NCBI GenBank assembly: GCA_003598135.1
Contig: QZKA01000027.1
Coordinates: forward strand, 84,788 to 148,787
Reading direction: 5' to 3'
DNA length: 64,000 bases
From: Candidatus Omnitrophota bacterium
Lineage (GTDB): Bacteria; Omnitrophota; Gorgyraeia; Gygaellales; Profunditerraquicolaceae
A model generated the notes under the pieces. It worked only from the letters and a program-made list of their open reading frames with translations. It did not search any database and was not told the DNA's origin. The translations under genes were made by a program, and so were the position numbers. Below, piece after piece: positions 38,565 to 48,803 of the stretch (the stretch's first letter is position 1; each line of letters opens with the position of its first letter).

Positions 38565-40187
38565 ATGTTTCTATCGTTTGTAGAAAAAACTAAACTACCA
38601 GTTTTTGTGGTAGTTTTTTTATTCTTTGCGGGTTCTGAGGGTATTGCAGAAGACCGGGGAGATGCATTTGTAGTTGGTTCCATTTCGGACGCAAGAACAC
38701 TTTTACCCATTATTGCCTCTGACTCGGCATCCCAGGATGTATGTAGTATGATTTTTAACGGGCTTGTCAAATACGACAAGAATCTGGACCTGGTTGGTGA
38801 TTTGGCTCAGAGTTGGGAGGTGAAAGAGGGAGGGCTCGTGCTTGTGTTCCACTTGAGGAGAAACGTGTCCTGGCAGGACGGCCGCCCCTTTACCGCCAAA
38901 GACGTAGAATTTACCTACCGGCAATTAATTAATCCTTCAGTCAGGACACCTTACAGCGGAGATTTCGAGAGAATAAAAACTCTTGAAGCACTTGATGATT
39001 ATACGATAAGGGTGACTTATAAGGAGCTGTTTGCGCCTGCGTTAAGCAGCTGGGGCATGTTCATTATTCCCAAGCACATTTTAGAGAAGCAGGATTTAAA
39101 CTCGTCAACTTTTCAGAGAAAGCCTGTAGGTACCGGTCCCTATGTATTTAAAAAATGGAAGTCTCAAAATTATATCGAGCTGTTATCGAGCAATACGTAT
39201 TTTGAAAAAGTACCTTTTATCAGCCGTTATATTACCAGAGTTATCCCTGATGAGTCCACCATGTTCCTGGAACTTGAGACAGAAGGACTGGATGCTGCAG
39301 GGATCAGTGCCCTGCAATACAAGCGTCAGACCGATACCGATTTTTTTAAGAAAAAATACTACAAATTCAGATTGCCGAGCTTTTCTTATCTTTACCTCGG
39401 GTACAATTTAGAAAGAGGGTTGTTTAAAGACCGCAGGGTTCGAGAAGCATTAAATTACGCAGTGAATAAGCAGGAGCTCATTGATATGGTGCTTTTGGGT
39501 TATGGCAGTATTGCCAACGGTCCGTTCGTACCCCAATCATGGGCTTATGATGCCCAATTTCCACCGGCAGCTTTCAATCAGGCTAAGGCGCGTTCGTTGC
39601 TTAATGACGCTGGCTGGAAAGATGATAACTTCGACGGAATCTTGGAAAAGGATGCTGTGTCTTTTGAATTTAGCATACTTACCAATCAAGGGAATGAAGA
39701 GCGTATTAAGGCTGCCCAAATAATCCAGAAAAGGCTTAAAGAGGTAGGAGTACGGGTAAAGATAAAAGTTGTGGAGTGGAGCGTATTTCTTACTGAAATT
39801 ATCAATAAGAGGGATTTTGATGCAGTGTTATTGGGGTGGTCTCTGTCCCGCGATCCGGACAATTTCGATATATGGCATTCATCCAAGATAAAGCCCGGAG
39901 AATTCAATTTTATAGGCTACAGGAATAAAGAGGTTGACGAATTATTGGTTCAGGCGCGCAAGACCTTTGACCAGGAAAAACGCAAAAACTGTTATTTTAA
40001 AATAAATAAACTTATTTATAGAGACCAGCCATGCATGTTTTTGTATGTTGCCGATAACCTCTTTGTAGTGCATAAAAGATTCAGAAATATCGAGCCTGGC
40101 CCAAGCGGTATCTGGCACAATTTTATTTATTGGTGGGTTCCTAACGTAGAACAGAAATATAGGAGTAAGAGTGCTATCGTCCCATAA
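38565..40187 (+). CDS. ABC transporter substrate-binding protein, family 5 (peptide/nickel; DppA/OppA-like)
   Basis: Signal-peptide-like N-terminus. SBP_bac_5 architecture of about 540 aa. Followed by two permease genes and two ATPase genes. Confidence 0.85.
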   Translation: MFLSFVEKTKLPVFVVVFLFFAGSEGIAEDRGDAFVVGSISDARTLLPIIASDSASQDVCSMIFNGLVKYDKNLDLVGDLAQSWEVKEGGLVLVFHLRRNVSWQDGRPFTAKDVEFTYRQLINPSVRTPYSGDFERIKTLEALDDYTIRVTYKELFAPALSSWGMFIIPKHILEKQDLNSSTFQRKPVGTGPYVFKKWKSQNYIELLSSNTYFEKVPFISRYITRVIPDESTMFLELETEGLDAAGISALQYKRQTDTDFFKKKYYKFRLPSFSYLYLGYNLERGLFKDRRVREALNYAVNKQELIDMVLLGYGSIANGPFVPQSWAYDAQFPPAAFNQAKARSLLNDAGWKDDNFDGILEKDAVSFEFSILTNQGNEERIKAAQIIQKRLKEVGVRVKIKVVEWSVFLTEIINKRDFDAVLLGWSLSRDPDNFDIWHSSKIKPGEFNFIGYRNKEVDELLVQARKTFDQEKRKNCYFKINKLIYRDQPCMFLYVADNLFVVHKRFRNIEPGPSGIWHNFIYWWVPNVEQKYRSKSAIVP

Positions 40188-40210
40188 AAAATGGAAAAGG
40201 CCAAAAGTAT

Positions 40211-41194
40211 ATGCTGACGTATATTGCAAGAAGACTGGCAGGTAGTATCCCTATTATTTTGGGGATTACCATGATTAGCTTTGCCATCATTCACCTTGTG
40301 CCTGGTAAGCCAACTAGTGCCGAGAGCGCGCTTAATCCAAAGGTATCCCTACAGGTGAGAGAGCGTATCGAAAAACTCTACGGGCTTGATAAACCTATTC
40401 ACGTGCAGTACCTGGAATGGACACGCCGGCTGCTGAAGCTTGATTTTGGAAGGTCTTTTTCCGACGGCCGTCCGGTCATTGAAAAAATAACCGAGAGGCT
40501 TCCCGTGACAGTAGGCATCAATGTGCTTTCGATGTTTTTTATATTCATAGTTGCAATTCCTCTGGGGGTAAAGAGCGCCCGGTCGAGCGGGTCATGGTTT
40601 GATACAAGCGCTACCTTTTTTGTCTTTTTATTCTTTGCGGCTCCCACCTTCTGGGTTGCCCTGCTATTAATGCAGCTTTTTTGTATTACGCTTGGATGGC
40701 TGCCTATTTCAGGGATTACTTCTTTGGATTTCGAATATTTTACTTTTTCGCAGAAAGTGATTGACATTGTAAGGCATCTGGCCCTGCCGGTGTTTGTGTC
40801 CTGTATTACCGGGCTTGCTGCGGTGAGCCGCTATATGCGCACAAGTATGCGTGAGGCATTGCAGCAGCCCTATATTTACACTGCCCGCGCCAAAGGATTA
40901 CCCGAACGCACGGTGTTGTACAAACATGCATTTCGCAATGCCATCCTTCCGATTATTACTATTCTGGGGCTTTCAATACCCGGTTTAATAGGAGGCAGCG
41001 TTATATTTGAATCGATCTTTGCGCTCCCCGGCATCGGAAGGTTATTTTACGAAGCCGTAATGATGCGTGATTATCCTCTCATTATGGCTGAGGTGGTCCT
41101 GGGGGCATTATTGACTATGGCGGGCAATTTAATTGCCGATATCGGCTATGCGTATGTTGACCCACGGATCCGTTACGCCAAGAAAGTGAGTTAA
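40211..41194 (+). CDS. ABC transporter permease (DppB/OppB-like)
   Basis: Six TM helices and an EAA-like loop (ARAKGLPERTVLYKHAFRNA). Confidence 0.85.
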   Translation: MLTYIARRLAGSIPIILGITMISFAIIHLVPGKPTSAESALNPKVSLQVRERIEKLYGLDKPIHVQYLEWTRRLLKLDFGRSFSDGRPVIEKITERLPVTVGINVLSMFFIFIVAIPLGVKSARSSGSWFDTSATFFVFLFFAAPTFWVALLLMQLFCITLGWLPISGITSLDFEYFTFSQKVIDIVRHLALPVFVSCITGLAAVSRYMRTSMREALQQPYIYTARAKGLPERTVLYKHAFRNAILPIITILGLSIPGLIGGSVIFESIFALPGIGRLFYEAVMMRDYPLIMAEVVLGALLTMAGNLIADIGYAYVDPRIRYAKKVS

Positions 41195-41205
41195 GCGAGA
41201 AAGGC

Positions 41206-42003
41206 ATGAACAAACTTTTACTTGTAGGAATAGCAATTATAGGGTTTCTAAGCGCAGCAGCCATTCTTGCCCCTTTTATCAGCCCCTACGAGCCTTCCCT
41301 CATTGACTCCGCAAGCCTTCTTATGCCACCCTCATACGCGCATCCGTTAGGAACGGATGGCTTAGGTAGGGATTTATTGAGCCGTATTATTTATGGTGCC
41401 CGTATTTCTTTGGGCATAGGAATTATAGCTGTCGGTATTTCCCTGTGTATCGGCGTGATTGCTGGTTCTGTCGCGGGCTATTTCGGAGGCCTGGCAGATT
41501 CGATCATTATGCGCAGTGCCGATATTATGCTTTGTTTTCCTACATTTTTTCTTATTCTTGCTACGGTGGCGGTACTTGAACCTTCCATTATCAACATTAT
41601 GGTGATTATTGGTCTAACGAGCTGGATGGGAATTGCGCGTTTGATAAGGAGCGAGATACTTTCTTTGAGGGAGAGGGAGTTTATTCAGGCTGCAAAAGCC
41701 ATCGGCGCTTCCCATTATGGGATTATCTGCAGGCATCTGCTCCCGAATGCCCTGGGGCCAGTATTTGTAAATGCGACGTTAGGAATTGCGGGGGCTATTT
41801 TGCTGGAATCGGCTTTAAGTTTCTTGGGGTTGGGTGTACAGCCTCCCGTTCCTAGCTGGGGCAATATCCTTATCGAATCAAAAGCCACTCTTGGGGTAGC
41901 TTGGTGGATAACGCTTTTTCCTGGACTGGCCATTTTTGTTACTATACTTGGTTTTAATTTCATCGCGGAAGGATTAAGAAAGCACTGGGGTTACAATGCT
42001 TAA
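41206..42003 (+). CDS. ABC transporter permease (DppC/OppC-like)
   Basis: N-terminal OppC-type segment, six TM helices, and the BPD_transp_1 motif AAKAIGASHYGIICRHLLPNA. Confidence 0.85.
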   Translation: MNKLLLVGIAIIGFLSAAAILAPFISPYEPSLIDSASLLMPPSYAHPLGTDGLGRDLLSRIIYGARISLGIGIIAVGISLCIGVIAGSVAGYFGGLADSIIMRSADIMLCFPTFFLILATVAVLEPSIINIMVIIGLTSWMGIARLIRSEILSLREREFIQAAKAIGASHYGIICRHLLPNALGPVFVNATLGIAGAILLESALSFLGLGVQPPVPSWGNILIESKATLGVAWWITLFPGLAIFVTILGFNFIAEGLRKHWGYNA

Positions 42004-42781
42004 AATTTCTAACCTCCATGTACACTTTGACCTTGATGGCACTATTGTGAAGGCGTTATGCGGGGTCACTTTGGGCGTCAACCTCAAAGAAACCCTTGTA
42101 GTGGCCGGAGAATCAGGTTCAGGCAAAACAGTTACTGCTTTGGCAGTGACAAGGCTCTTGCCTGCGGCAGCACGCGTAACCTCGGGTGAAATCTATTTTA
42201 ACGGAAAAAATCTTCTCTTGCTGGAAGAAGATGCGCTGCGTAAGGTCAGAGGCAAAGAGATCGCTTATATTTTTCAGGAGCCGGGCAGTTTTCTTAATCC
42301 TGTCTATATGGTAGGAGACCAGATTATGGAATCGTTTTTATTGCATCAGGGGCTTCCCCGGGTTGAGGCATTTGCCGAGACGCTGAGGCTTCTTGAGCTC
42401 GTAAAGATAAAGGACAGTCGCAGGGTCTTTTTTAACTATCCGCATCAGTTATCCGGCGGCATGAATCAGAGAGTTGGCATTGCCATGAGCCTTGCTTGCA
42501 GGCCGAAACTTCTTATTGCGGATGAGCCGACTACTGCGCTTGATGTAACCACGGAAACACAAATACTCGATCTGCTCTGTGAATTAAAGAGCAGTTTTGG
42601 TTTTTCCCTCCTGTTCATTACGCATAATCTTTCAATCGCCAGGCGAATAGCGGATAGAATCTGCGTGATGTATAAAGGCCAGGTCGTTGAAGAGGCCGAT
42701 GCAGAGCGTATTTTTTGCTCACCGCAACATTTTCATACGAAGGAATTGATCCATGCATACCAAACGATAGGTACACAATGA
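41996..42781 (+). CDS. ABC transporter ATP-binding protein (DppD/OppD-like)
   Basis: Walker A GESGSGKT, signature LSGGMNQRV, Walker B LLIADEPTTALD. Confidence 0.9.
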   Translation: MLKISNLHVHFDLDGTIVKALCGVTLGVNLKETLVVAGESGSGKTVTALAVTRLLPAAARVTSGEIYFNGKNLLLLEEDALRKVRGKEIAYIFQEPGSFLNPVYMVGDQIMESFLLHQGLPRVEAFAETLRLLELVKIKDSRRVFFNYPHQLSGGMNQRVGIAMSLACRPKLLIADEPTTALDVTTETQILDLLCELKSSFGFSLLFITHNLSIARRIADRICVMYKGQVVEEADAERIFCSPQHFHTKELIHAYQTIGTQ

Positions 42782-43530
42782 TTGTAAGGGCAGTGCATAT
42801 TTCTAAATACTTCTCCATTGAAGGGGGCGTCTTTAAGCGCGAAACAGGCCTGGTCAGGGCCCTGGAAGACGTAAGTTTCTCGGTTGAGGAATTTTCTACG
42901 CTTGGCATAGTCGGCGAATCCGGTTCAGGCAAGACTACCCTGGCGAAGATACTTGTGCAGCTTATGGCCCCGACAAAAGGGGTCGTTGAGTTTGATGGTT
43001 CCAAGATTAGCAATTTCAGGAAAGATATGCAGATCGTCTTTCAGAATCCCTATGCAAGCCTTGACCCGAAGATGCGCATAAAGGACACACTGTATGAGCC
43101 CCTTTTGATCCACCGGCTGGCAATGCCAAAGCAGCTCAGAGATAAGGCCAGAGAACTGTTGGATGCGGTGGGGATTAACGAGGATGCGTTAGGAAGGTTT
43201 CCTGCTGAATTCTCAGGAGGCCAAAGACAGAGAATTTGCATAGCACGTGCGCTGGCCACCCAGCCTAAGTGTATTATTTTAGATGAGCCTATATCTTCAC
43301 TGGATCTTACTATTCAGCTGAAATTGCTTGATTTGCTGCTGCGTTTAAAAGAGAGATTTAAGTTAACCTACCTTTTTATCAGCCATAACCTTAACGTCAT
43401 CAAATATATGGCAGATTCTGTGCTCGTGCTGCAGGGGGGGCGCATTGTTGAACAAGGGGATATGCGTGCTATATTCGCCCACCCGTCGCATCCTTATACC
43501 GAAAGCCTTCTTAGGTCTGCTCGCAGATAA
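42778..43530 (+). CDS. ABC transporter ATP-binding protein (DppF/OppF-like)
   Basis: Walker A GESGSGKTT, FSGGQRQR, ILDEPISSLD. Start is at the ATG at 42778 (ATGA overlap) rather than the track's 42715. Confidence 0.9.
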   Translation: MIVRAVHISKYFSIEGGVFKRETGLVRALEDVSFSVEEFSTLGIVGESGSGKTTLAKILVQLMAPTKGVVEFDGSKISNFRKDMQIVFQNPYASLDPKMRIKDTLYEPLLIHRLAMPKQLRDKARELLDAVGINEDALGRFPAEFSGGQRQRICIARALATQPKCIILDEPISSLDLTIQLKLLDLLLRLKERFKLTYLFISHNLNVIKYMADSVLVLQGGRIVEQGDMRAIFAHPSHPYTESLLRSARR

Positions 43531-43544
43531 TCCGAAAAATTTAT

Positions 43545-43572
43545 TTGACTAAAATTGAAAATATGTTATACT
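43545..43572 (+). promoter_or_regulatory. Sigma70-like promoter with an extended -10 for rplM-rpsI
   Basis: TTGACT (43545-50), 16-nt spacer, TGtTATACT (43564-72). Confidence 0.5.
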
Positions 43573-43581
43573 TCTAACATT

Positions 43582-44013
43582 ATGCAAAAAACCTATTTTC
43601 CAAAAAAAGAAGATTTCCTTCAAAAATGGCTGTTAGTGGATGTGGAAGGTAAGATCTTGGGCCGCGCAGCCTCCAAGATTGCGGCTATTTTGAGGGGAAA
43701 ACATAAAAGGCTTTTTACTCCCGGTCTTGACTTGGGAGATAACGTGATCGTGATCAATGCTGCAAAAATAAAAGTTACTGGAAGCAAAGCGTCCCAGAAG
43801 GTATACCTGAGGTATTCCGGTTATCAGGGCGGGCAAAAAGAAGTAAGTTTTACGAATATGCGTGATAAGAAGCCGGCAACCGTCGTGAGGCTGGCAATAC
43901 AACGGATGTTACCGGGTGGGCCGCTGGGGAGAAAATTAATCAAGAAACTGAAGGTTTATCCGGGCCAGTCGCATCCTCATGCAGGCCAGAAACCAGAAGT
44001 CTTAAAAGTATAA
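43582..44013 (+). CDS. rplM: 50S ribosomal protein L13
   Basis: MQKTYFPKKEDFLQKWLLVDVEGKILGRAAS... Start trimmed to the second ATG to match L13 length (144 aa). Confidence 0.9.
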   Translation: MQKTYFPKKEDFLQKWLLVDVEGKILGRAASKIAAILRGKHKRLFTPGLDLGDNVIVINAAKIKVTGSKASQKVYLRYSGYQGGQKEVSFTNMRDKKPATVVRLAIQRMLPGGPLGRKLIKKLKVYPGQSHPHAGQKPEVLKV

Positions 44014-44025
44014 GCGAGAAAAAAC

Positions 44026-44421
44026 ATGGAAGTATTACAGAAATGGACAACAGTAGGCAGACGCAAGGAAGCCATAGCCAGAGTGCTGTTGATTGCCGGA
44101 AAAGGCGATATTGTGGTGAACGGCATACCCTATGCTGATTATTTTTCGAGAGAAACGGACCAGATTATCGTCAAACAGCCCATGAGGGTTACCAATACCA
44201 TCCAGAAATATGACGTGGTTGCGAATCTTAAGGGCGGCGGACTCAACGGCCAGGCAGGTGCGCTCCAACTGGGTATTTCCCGGGCTCTCATGCTCGCTGA
44301 GCCTGAGTTAAAAGACATTCTCAGGAAAAACGGATTTTTAACCCGAGATCCCAGGATGAAGGAGCGCAAGAAATACGGGCAGAAGGGCGCCAGGAAACGC
44401 TTCCAGTGGACAAAGAGGTAG
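44026..44421 (+). CDS. rpsI: 30S ribosomal protein S9
   Basis: GRRKEAIARV..., C-terminal ...KYGQKGARKRFQWTKR. Confidence 0.95.
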   Translation: MEVLQKWTTVGRRKEAIARVLLIAGKGDIVVNGIPYADYFSRETDQIIVKQPMRVTNTIQKYDVVANLKGGGLNGQAGALQLGISRALMLAEPELKDILRKNGFLTRDPRMKERKKYGQKGARKRFQWTKR

Positions 44422-44466
44422 GAGGGTCTTAAAGAAGATTCACTCATTTTTGGTAGTTCTTACTGT

Positions 44467-44492
44467 CCCGCTCTTCAGGCGGGATTTTTTTT
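44467..44492 (+). terminator. Rho-independent terminator after rpsI
   Basis: CCCGCtcttcagGCGGG followed by ATTTTTTTTC. Confidence 0.7.
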
Positions 44493-44510
44493 CTTCCGAC
44501 GAGAAAAAAC

Positions 44511-44539
44511 TTGACTATCGTAACGATTTGGCTTAGTAT
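44511..44539 (+). promoter_or_regulatory. Candidate sigma70-like promoter of the arg operon
   Basis: TTGACT (44511-16), 17-nt spacer, TAGTAT (44534-39), 25 nt before the argC Shine-Dalgarno/ATG. Confidence 0.4.
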
Positions 44540-44564
44540 GGACCTATAGACGACGAGGTGTGAG

Positions 44565-45587
44565 ATGATAAATGTGGGCATAGTTGGTGCGACAGGTTAT
44601 GCGGGCGAGGAGTTGGTAGAGTTACTCCTTGGCCATCCGTACGTGCGTATAACAAGCCTTTCTGCGCTTATCGATAAGCCTCAGCCAATCTCTGCGCTTT
44701 TTCCGAGATTCTCACGGAAAATAAACCTGCTTTGTAAAAAGCCCGATGTCAAAGAGATAGCCAGGAATTGCGATTTAGTTTTTTTGGCCCTGCCGCATAC
44801 GGCTTCCATGGATTTCGTACCGAAACTCCTTGGCGCGGGCAAAAGGGTAATCGACCTCAGCGCAGACTACCGGTTTAAGAATCTTCGCCAGTACACGAAG
44901 CATTATCGCGTTATACACAAAGATCCCGCACGGCTCAAGCTTGCGGTGTATGGGCTTCCTGAACTGTACCGGCAAAAGATTAAGGGAGCACTACTCGTTG
45001 CTAACCCCGGTTGCTATCCCACATGCGCAATACTTGCGCTTGCGCCGCTCGTTGCGTTTGATTCCATTGATACCACACGTATCGTTATTGACGCTAAGTC
45101 AGGCGTTACGGGCGCGGGCAGAAAAATTGCGCAGGATTTTATGTTTTCCGAATTATCGGATAATTTTAAGGCATACAAGATCGGAGTGCATCAGCACGCC
45201 CCTGAGATCGATCAGGAATTATCTAAGGTTGCAGGGAAGTCCCTTGGGGTGTTATTTGTCCCGCATCTTTTGCCCCTGAAGAGAGGGATCTTTGAGACGA
45301 TATACATTACCATGAAGCCAAGATCAAAATGGACTACTACTAAGCTTCTCCAGGTTTACAGCCGTTTTTTCAAACACGAACCTTTTGTGAGAATCAAAGC
45401 GGAGAATGAATTTCCCGCCTTAAAAGACGTAACTGATACGAATTTTTGCGATATCGGCATAAGAGTGAAAGGCAGCACCGTAATTATCATTGCTGCGATA
45501 GATAATTTATTAAAAGGGGCGTCAGGCCAGGCAGTGCAGAATATGAATATAATGTATAATTTCGCAGAATCGACGTCATTGCTATGA
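44565..45587 (+). CDS. argC: N-acetyl-gamma-glutamyl-phosphate reductase
   Basis: VGIVGATGYAGEELV, active-site Cys (NPGCYPT). Confidence 0.9.
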   Translation: MINVGIVGATGYAGEELVELLLGHPYVRITSLSALIDKPQPISALFPRFSRKINLLCKKPDVKEIARNCDLVFLALPHTASMDFVPKLLGAGKRVIDLSADYRFKNLRQYTKHYRVIHKDPARLKLAVYGLPELYRQKIKGALLVANPGCYPTCAILALAPLVAFDSIDTTRIVIDAKSGVTGAGRKIAQDFMFSELSDNFKAYKIGVHQHAPEIDQELSKVAGKSLGVLFVPHLLPLKRGIFETIYITMKPRSKWTTTKLLQVYSRFFKHEPFVRIKAENEFPALKDVTDTNFCDIGIRVKGSTVIIIAAIDNLLKGASGQAVQNMNIMYNFAESTSLL

Positions 45588-46720
45588 AGATACACAGAAG
45601 AGCGATACTTCCCATAGGATATCTGGCTTCTGGGGTAGCAAGCGGTATAAAACGGTCAGGAAAACGTGATTTGGCGCTATTGTATTCAAATGCGCCGGGC
45701 AAGGCTGCCTGCCATTTTACCTCTAACACGATTATTGCCGCTCCGATACGCCTTAACAGGATCCATCTTAAAAAAACTAAGGCGTTTCAAGCGGTGATTA
45801 TTAATAGTGGTAACGCAAATTGCTTTACCGGCAAAAAGGGCTTTTCTGACGCAGAGCGGATTTCCGGACAATTATCCCTCCTGCTTAAAATACCGAAAGA
45901 ATCGATATTGAGCGCCTCTACGGGGATTATCGGCAGAAGGCTGCCTGCATCTAAGATGATCCGGTCTTTGCCGGGTCTGATAAAAGGCTTGTCTCAGGGG
46001 GGTATTGATGCGGCAAAGGACGCAATTCTTACTACCGATACATTTGCAAAAGCGATTACTGCCGAAGACACTATCGGAGGAAGCAGGGTGAGAATGTGCG
46101 GTATTGCGAAAGGCGCCGGCATGATCGCGCCCAATGTAGCTACCATGCTTGCGTTTGTCCTGACAGACGCGCATATTTCACAGAAGGCCTTATCCAAGGC
46201 TTCCTCCATTGCCGTCAATACATCTTTTAATTGCATTACCGTTGACGGGTGTATGAGTACTAATGATACCGTGGCGATCATGGCCAATAGCCAAGCCTGT
46301 AATGCATTAATAGGCACCAACCGTTATTTTGGACGGTTCTTGACGTTGCTTTCGCGGGTATATTTGGAATTAGCGAAAATGATTATTAAGGATGCCGAAG
46401 GCGCAACCAAGTTTATACAAATCAGGGTGACTGGCGCACGTAGTTTTAAAGAGGCAAGACAGGTTGCGCTATCGGTTGCAAATTCCAACCTCTTTAAGAC
46501 CGCCATATACGGAGAGAATCATAATTTTGGGAGAATTGCCGCAAGCGTCGGTTCAAGCGGGGTCAAGGTGGCTGAACAGGACGTAAAGATATCAGTAAGT
46601 CCTCTACATAGAAAAACAATCGATGTCGAGATTTCGTTGCGCCCGGGGAAACATTCAGCGGTAGTGTATACATCCGATTTGACTCCTCAATATATTAAGA
46701 TAAACGCGGAATATAACTAA
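45584..46720 (+). CDS. argJ: Bifunctional ornithine acetyltransferase / N-acetylglutamate synthase
   Basis: ATMLAFVLTDA autoproteolysis/active-site threonine motif. 378 aa. Confidence 0.9.
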   Translation: MKIHRRAILPIGYLASGVASGIKRSGKRDLALLYSNAPGKAACHFTSNTIIAAPIRLNRIHLKKTKAFQAVIINSGNANCFTGKKGFSDAERISGQLSLLLKIPKESILSASTGIIGRRLPASKMIRSLPGLIKGLSQGGIDAAKDAILTTDTFAKAITAEDTIGGSRVRMCGIAKGAGMIAPNVATMLAFVLTDAHISQKALSKASSIAVNTSFNCITVDGCMSTNDTVAIMANSQACNALIGTNRYFGRFLTLLSRVYLELAKMIIKDAEGATKFIQIRVTGARSFKEARQVALSVANSNLFKTAIYGENHNFGRIAASVGSSGVKVAEQDVKISVSPLHRKTIDVEISLRPGKHSAVVYTSDLTPQYIKINAEYN

Positions 46721-46736
46721 AAGGAAGGCGGACGAC

Positions 46737-47591
46737 ATGGAAGAGGCCATCAAGAAAGCGGAAGTTTTGATTGAGGCGCTCCCTTACATTAAGAAATTCC
46801 ACAAGAAAGTCGTCGTGATTAAGTATGGGGGGAGCATCTTGAGCGAAGACAGTATACGCCTGCGGGTGTTAGAGGATATTGTGTTCTTGAACTTCATGGG
46901 CCTTAAGCCGGTTTTGGTCCATGGGGGCGGGCAGAACATAAGCGAGCGCATGCGTGCTACGGGACGCAAGGCCGAGTTCGTCGATGGCATACGTGTTACC
47001 GACCATGAGACCCTGAAAGTGGTTGAGGAGGAACTTCAGAAACTCAACGATACTATAGTAAAAGAGCTCAATGAGTTGGGCGCCAAAGGTTTTGGTTTAA
47101 ACGGTAAAGACAAAAGCTTAATCAAGGTCGTCAAGAAAAAAGCTGAAACTGATTTGGGATTAGTAGGGCATATCGTAGGAGTGAGCGCAGAGCCGGTTCT
47201 GGAAAGACTCAAAGAAGATGAAATTCCCGTCGTGCTTCCTATGGGTAAAGGAAACGATAAAACAAACTATAATGTGAATGCCGATGAGGCTGCGTCAAAC
47301 CTTGCAGTTGCGCTTAATGCAGAAAAGCTGGTTTTGCTGACGAACGTCAAAGGTATTATGCGTAACCAGGAGGACAAGCACTCGTTTCTGTCGACCCTGA
47401 GCGTCGAGGAGGCAAAAGGGTTAATCAAGAACAGTATTATACAGGAAGGGATGATTCCGAAGGTTATGGCTTGTATCGATGCGCTGGAGAACGGCGTAAA
47501 GAAAACACATATTATCGACGCGCGTATTCAGCACGGTCTTTTGCTGGAGATCTTTACCGACCACGGCATCGGCACAGAAATAGTAAAGTAG
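46737..47591 (+). CDS. argB: Acetylglutamate kinase
   Basis: VVIKYGGS, VHGGG amino-acid kinase motifs. Confidence 0.9.
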   Translation: MEEAIKKAEVLIEALPYIKKFHKKVVVIKYGGSILSEDSIRLRVLEDIVFLNFMGLKPVLVHGGGQNISERMRATGRKAEFVDGIRVTDHETLKVVEEELQKLNDTIVKELNELGAKGFGLNGKDKSLIKVVKKKAETDLGLVGHIVGVSAEPVLERLKEDEIPVVLPMGKGNDKTNYNVNADEAASNLAVALNAEKLVLLTNVKGIMRNQEDKHSFLSTLSVEEAKGLIKNSIIQEGMIPKVMACIDALENGVKKTHIIDARIQHGLLLEIFTDHGIGTEIVK

Positions 47592-47624
47592 GCTGTACCG
47601 ATTTCCTGGCATAGAGAAAAACAG

Positions 47625-48800
47625 ATGAACTTACCGCAGGTATTTGAGTCTTACAAAGAATATATAGTACCCAGTTATTCCAAGACACCTTTTGTGTTTG
47701 TGAAAGGAAAGGGAAGCTATCTCTGGGATATTCGGGGGAAAAAATATCTTGATTTTTTCCCCGGGTGGGGAGTCGGCAGCGTAGGCCACTGCCACCCTAA
47801 AGTAATGACGGCGGTAAGGGACCAGCTCAAAAAACTGATCTTTGTACCTAACAATTATTATACTATTGCGCAGGCAAAGTTAGCCAGGGAACTGAACTTC
47901 TGGGCGGGTTTTGCCTGTAAGGTTTTTTTCTGTAATTCAGGGGCGGAGGCAAATGAAGCAGCAATAAAGCTCTCGCGTAAATTCGGGCAGGGCCGTTATG
48001 AGATCATTACTTTTGAAAACGCCTTTCATGGAAGGACTCTGGCAACCATAGCGGCGACTGGTCAGAAAAAGTACCAACAGGGGTTCGAGCCGATGCCTGA
48101 GGGGTTTAAAAGTGTCCCGTTTAACGATATTGATACGGTAAAGAAGGCCTTTACCGATAAAACGGTAGCGGTAATGCTGGAGCTAGTACAGGGAGAAGGC
48201 GGTATCAATGTTGCCGATAAAGGTTTTGTGACACAGCTGCGAAAGTTTTGCGACGAAAGAAAACTGTTAATGATTATAGATGAAGTCCAGACCGGTATCG
48301 GCCGGACCGGCAAAATGTTTGCCTGGCAGCATTACGGCGTCGTTCCCGATATCTTTACCGTTGCGAAGGCCTTGGGCGGCGGTTTTCCCATAGGCGTGAT
48401 GTTGTCAAGGAGTGAAATCGCTGATTGTCTTGGCCCGGGCATGCACGCTTCTACATTCGGTGGGGGGGCGGTAATTTCCAGGGCAGCGCTGGCAGTATTG
48501 CAATCGATTCAAAAGGAAAAACTGCTCGGTAATACCCAAAAGATGGGCGCCTACTTATTTGAAAGACTGCATCAGCTTGCTTCAAGATGCACGCGCATCA
48601 AAGAGGTCCGCGGAATGGGCCTGATGTGGGGAATAGAGCTAACACAAGAAGGAAAGGCGATAGTAGAAGAGTGCAGCAAGCAAGGTTTATTAATCAACTG
48701 TACGCATGATACCGTACTTAGGCTCATGCCGGCGTTGAACGTATCGAAGAAACAGATTGATAACGCATTGAAAATACTTGAGAATGCATTGAGAGGATAA
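47625..48800 (+). CDS. argD: Acetylornithine aminotransferase (class III aminotransferase)
   Basis: PLP Lys context IDEVQTG...TVAKALGGG. Confidence 0.85.
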   Translation: MNLPQVFESYKEYIVPSYSKTPFVFVKGKGSYLWDIRGKKYLDFFPGWGVGSVGHCHPKVMTAVRDQLKKLIFVPNNYYTIAQAKLARELNFWAGFACKVFFCNSGAEANEAAIKLSRKFGQGRYEIITFENAFHGRTLATIAATGQKKYQQGFEPMPEGFKSVPFNDIDTVKKAFTDKTVAVMLELVQGEGGINVADKGFVTQLRKFCDERKLLMIIDEVQTGIGRTGKMFAWQHYGVVPDIFTVAKALGGGFPIGVMLSRSEIADCLGPGMHASTFGGGAVISRAALAVLQSIQKEKLLGNTQKMGAYLFERLHQLASRCTRIKEVRGMGLMWGIELTQEGKAIVEECSKQGLLINCTHDTVLRLMPALNVSKKQIDNALKILENALRG

Positions 48801-48803
48801 AGA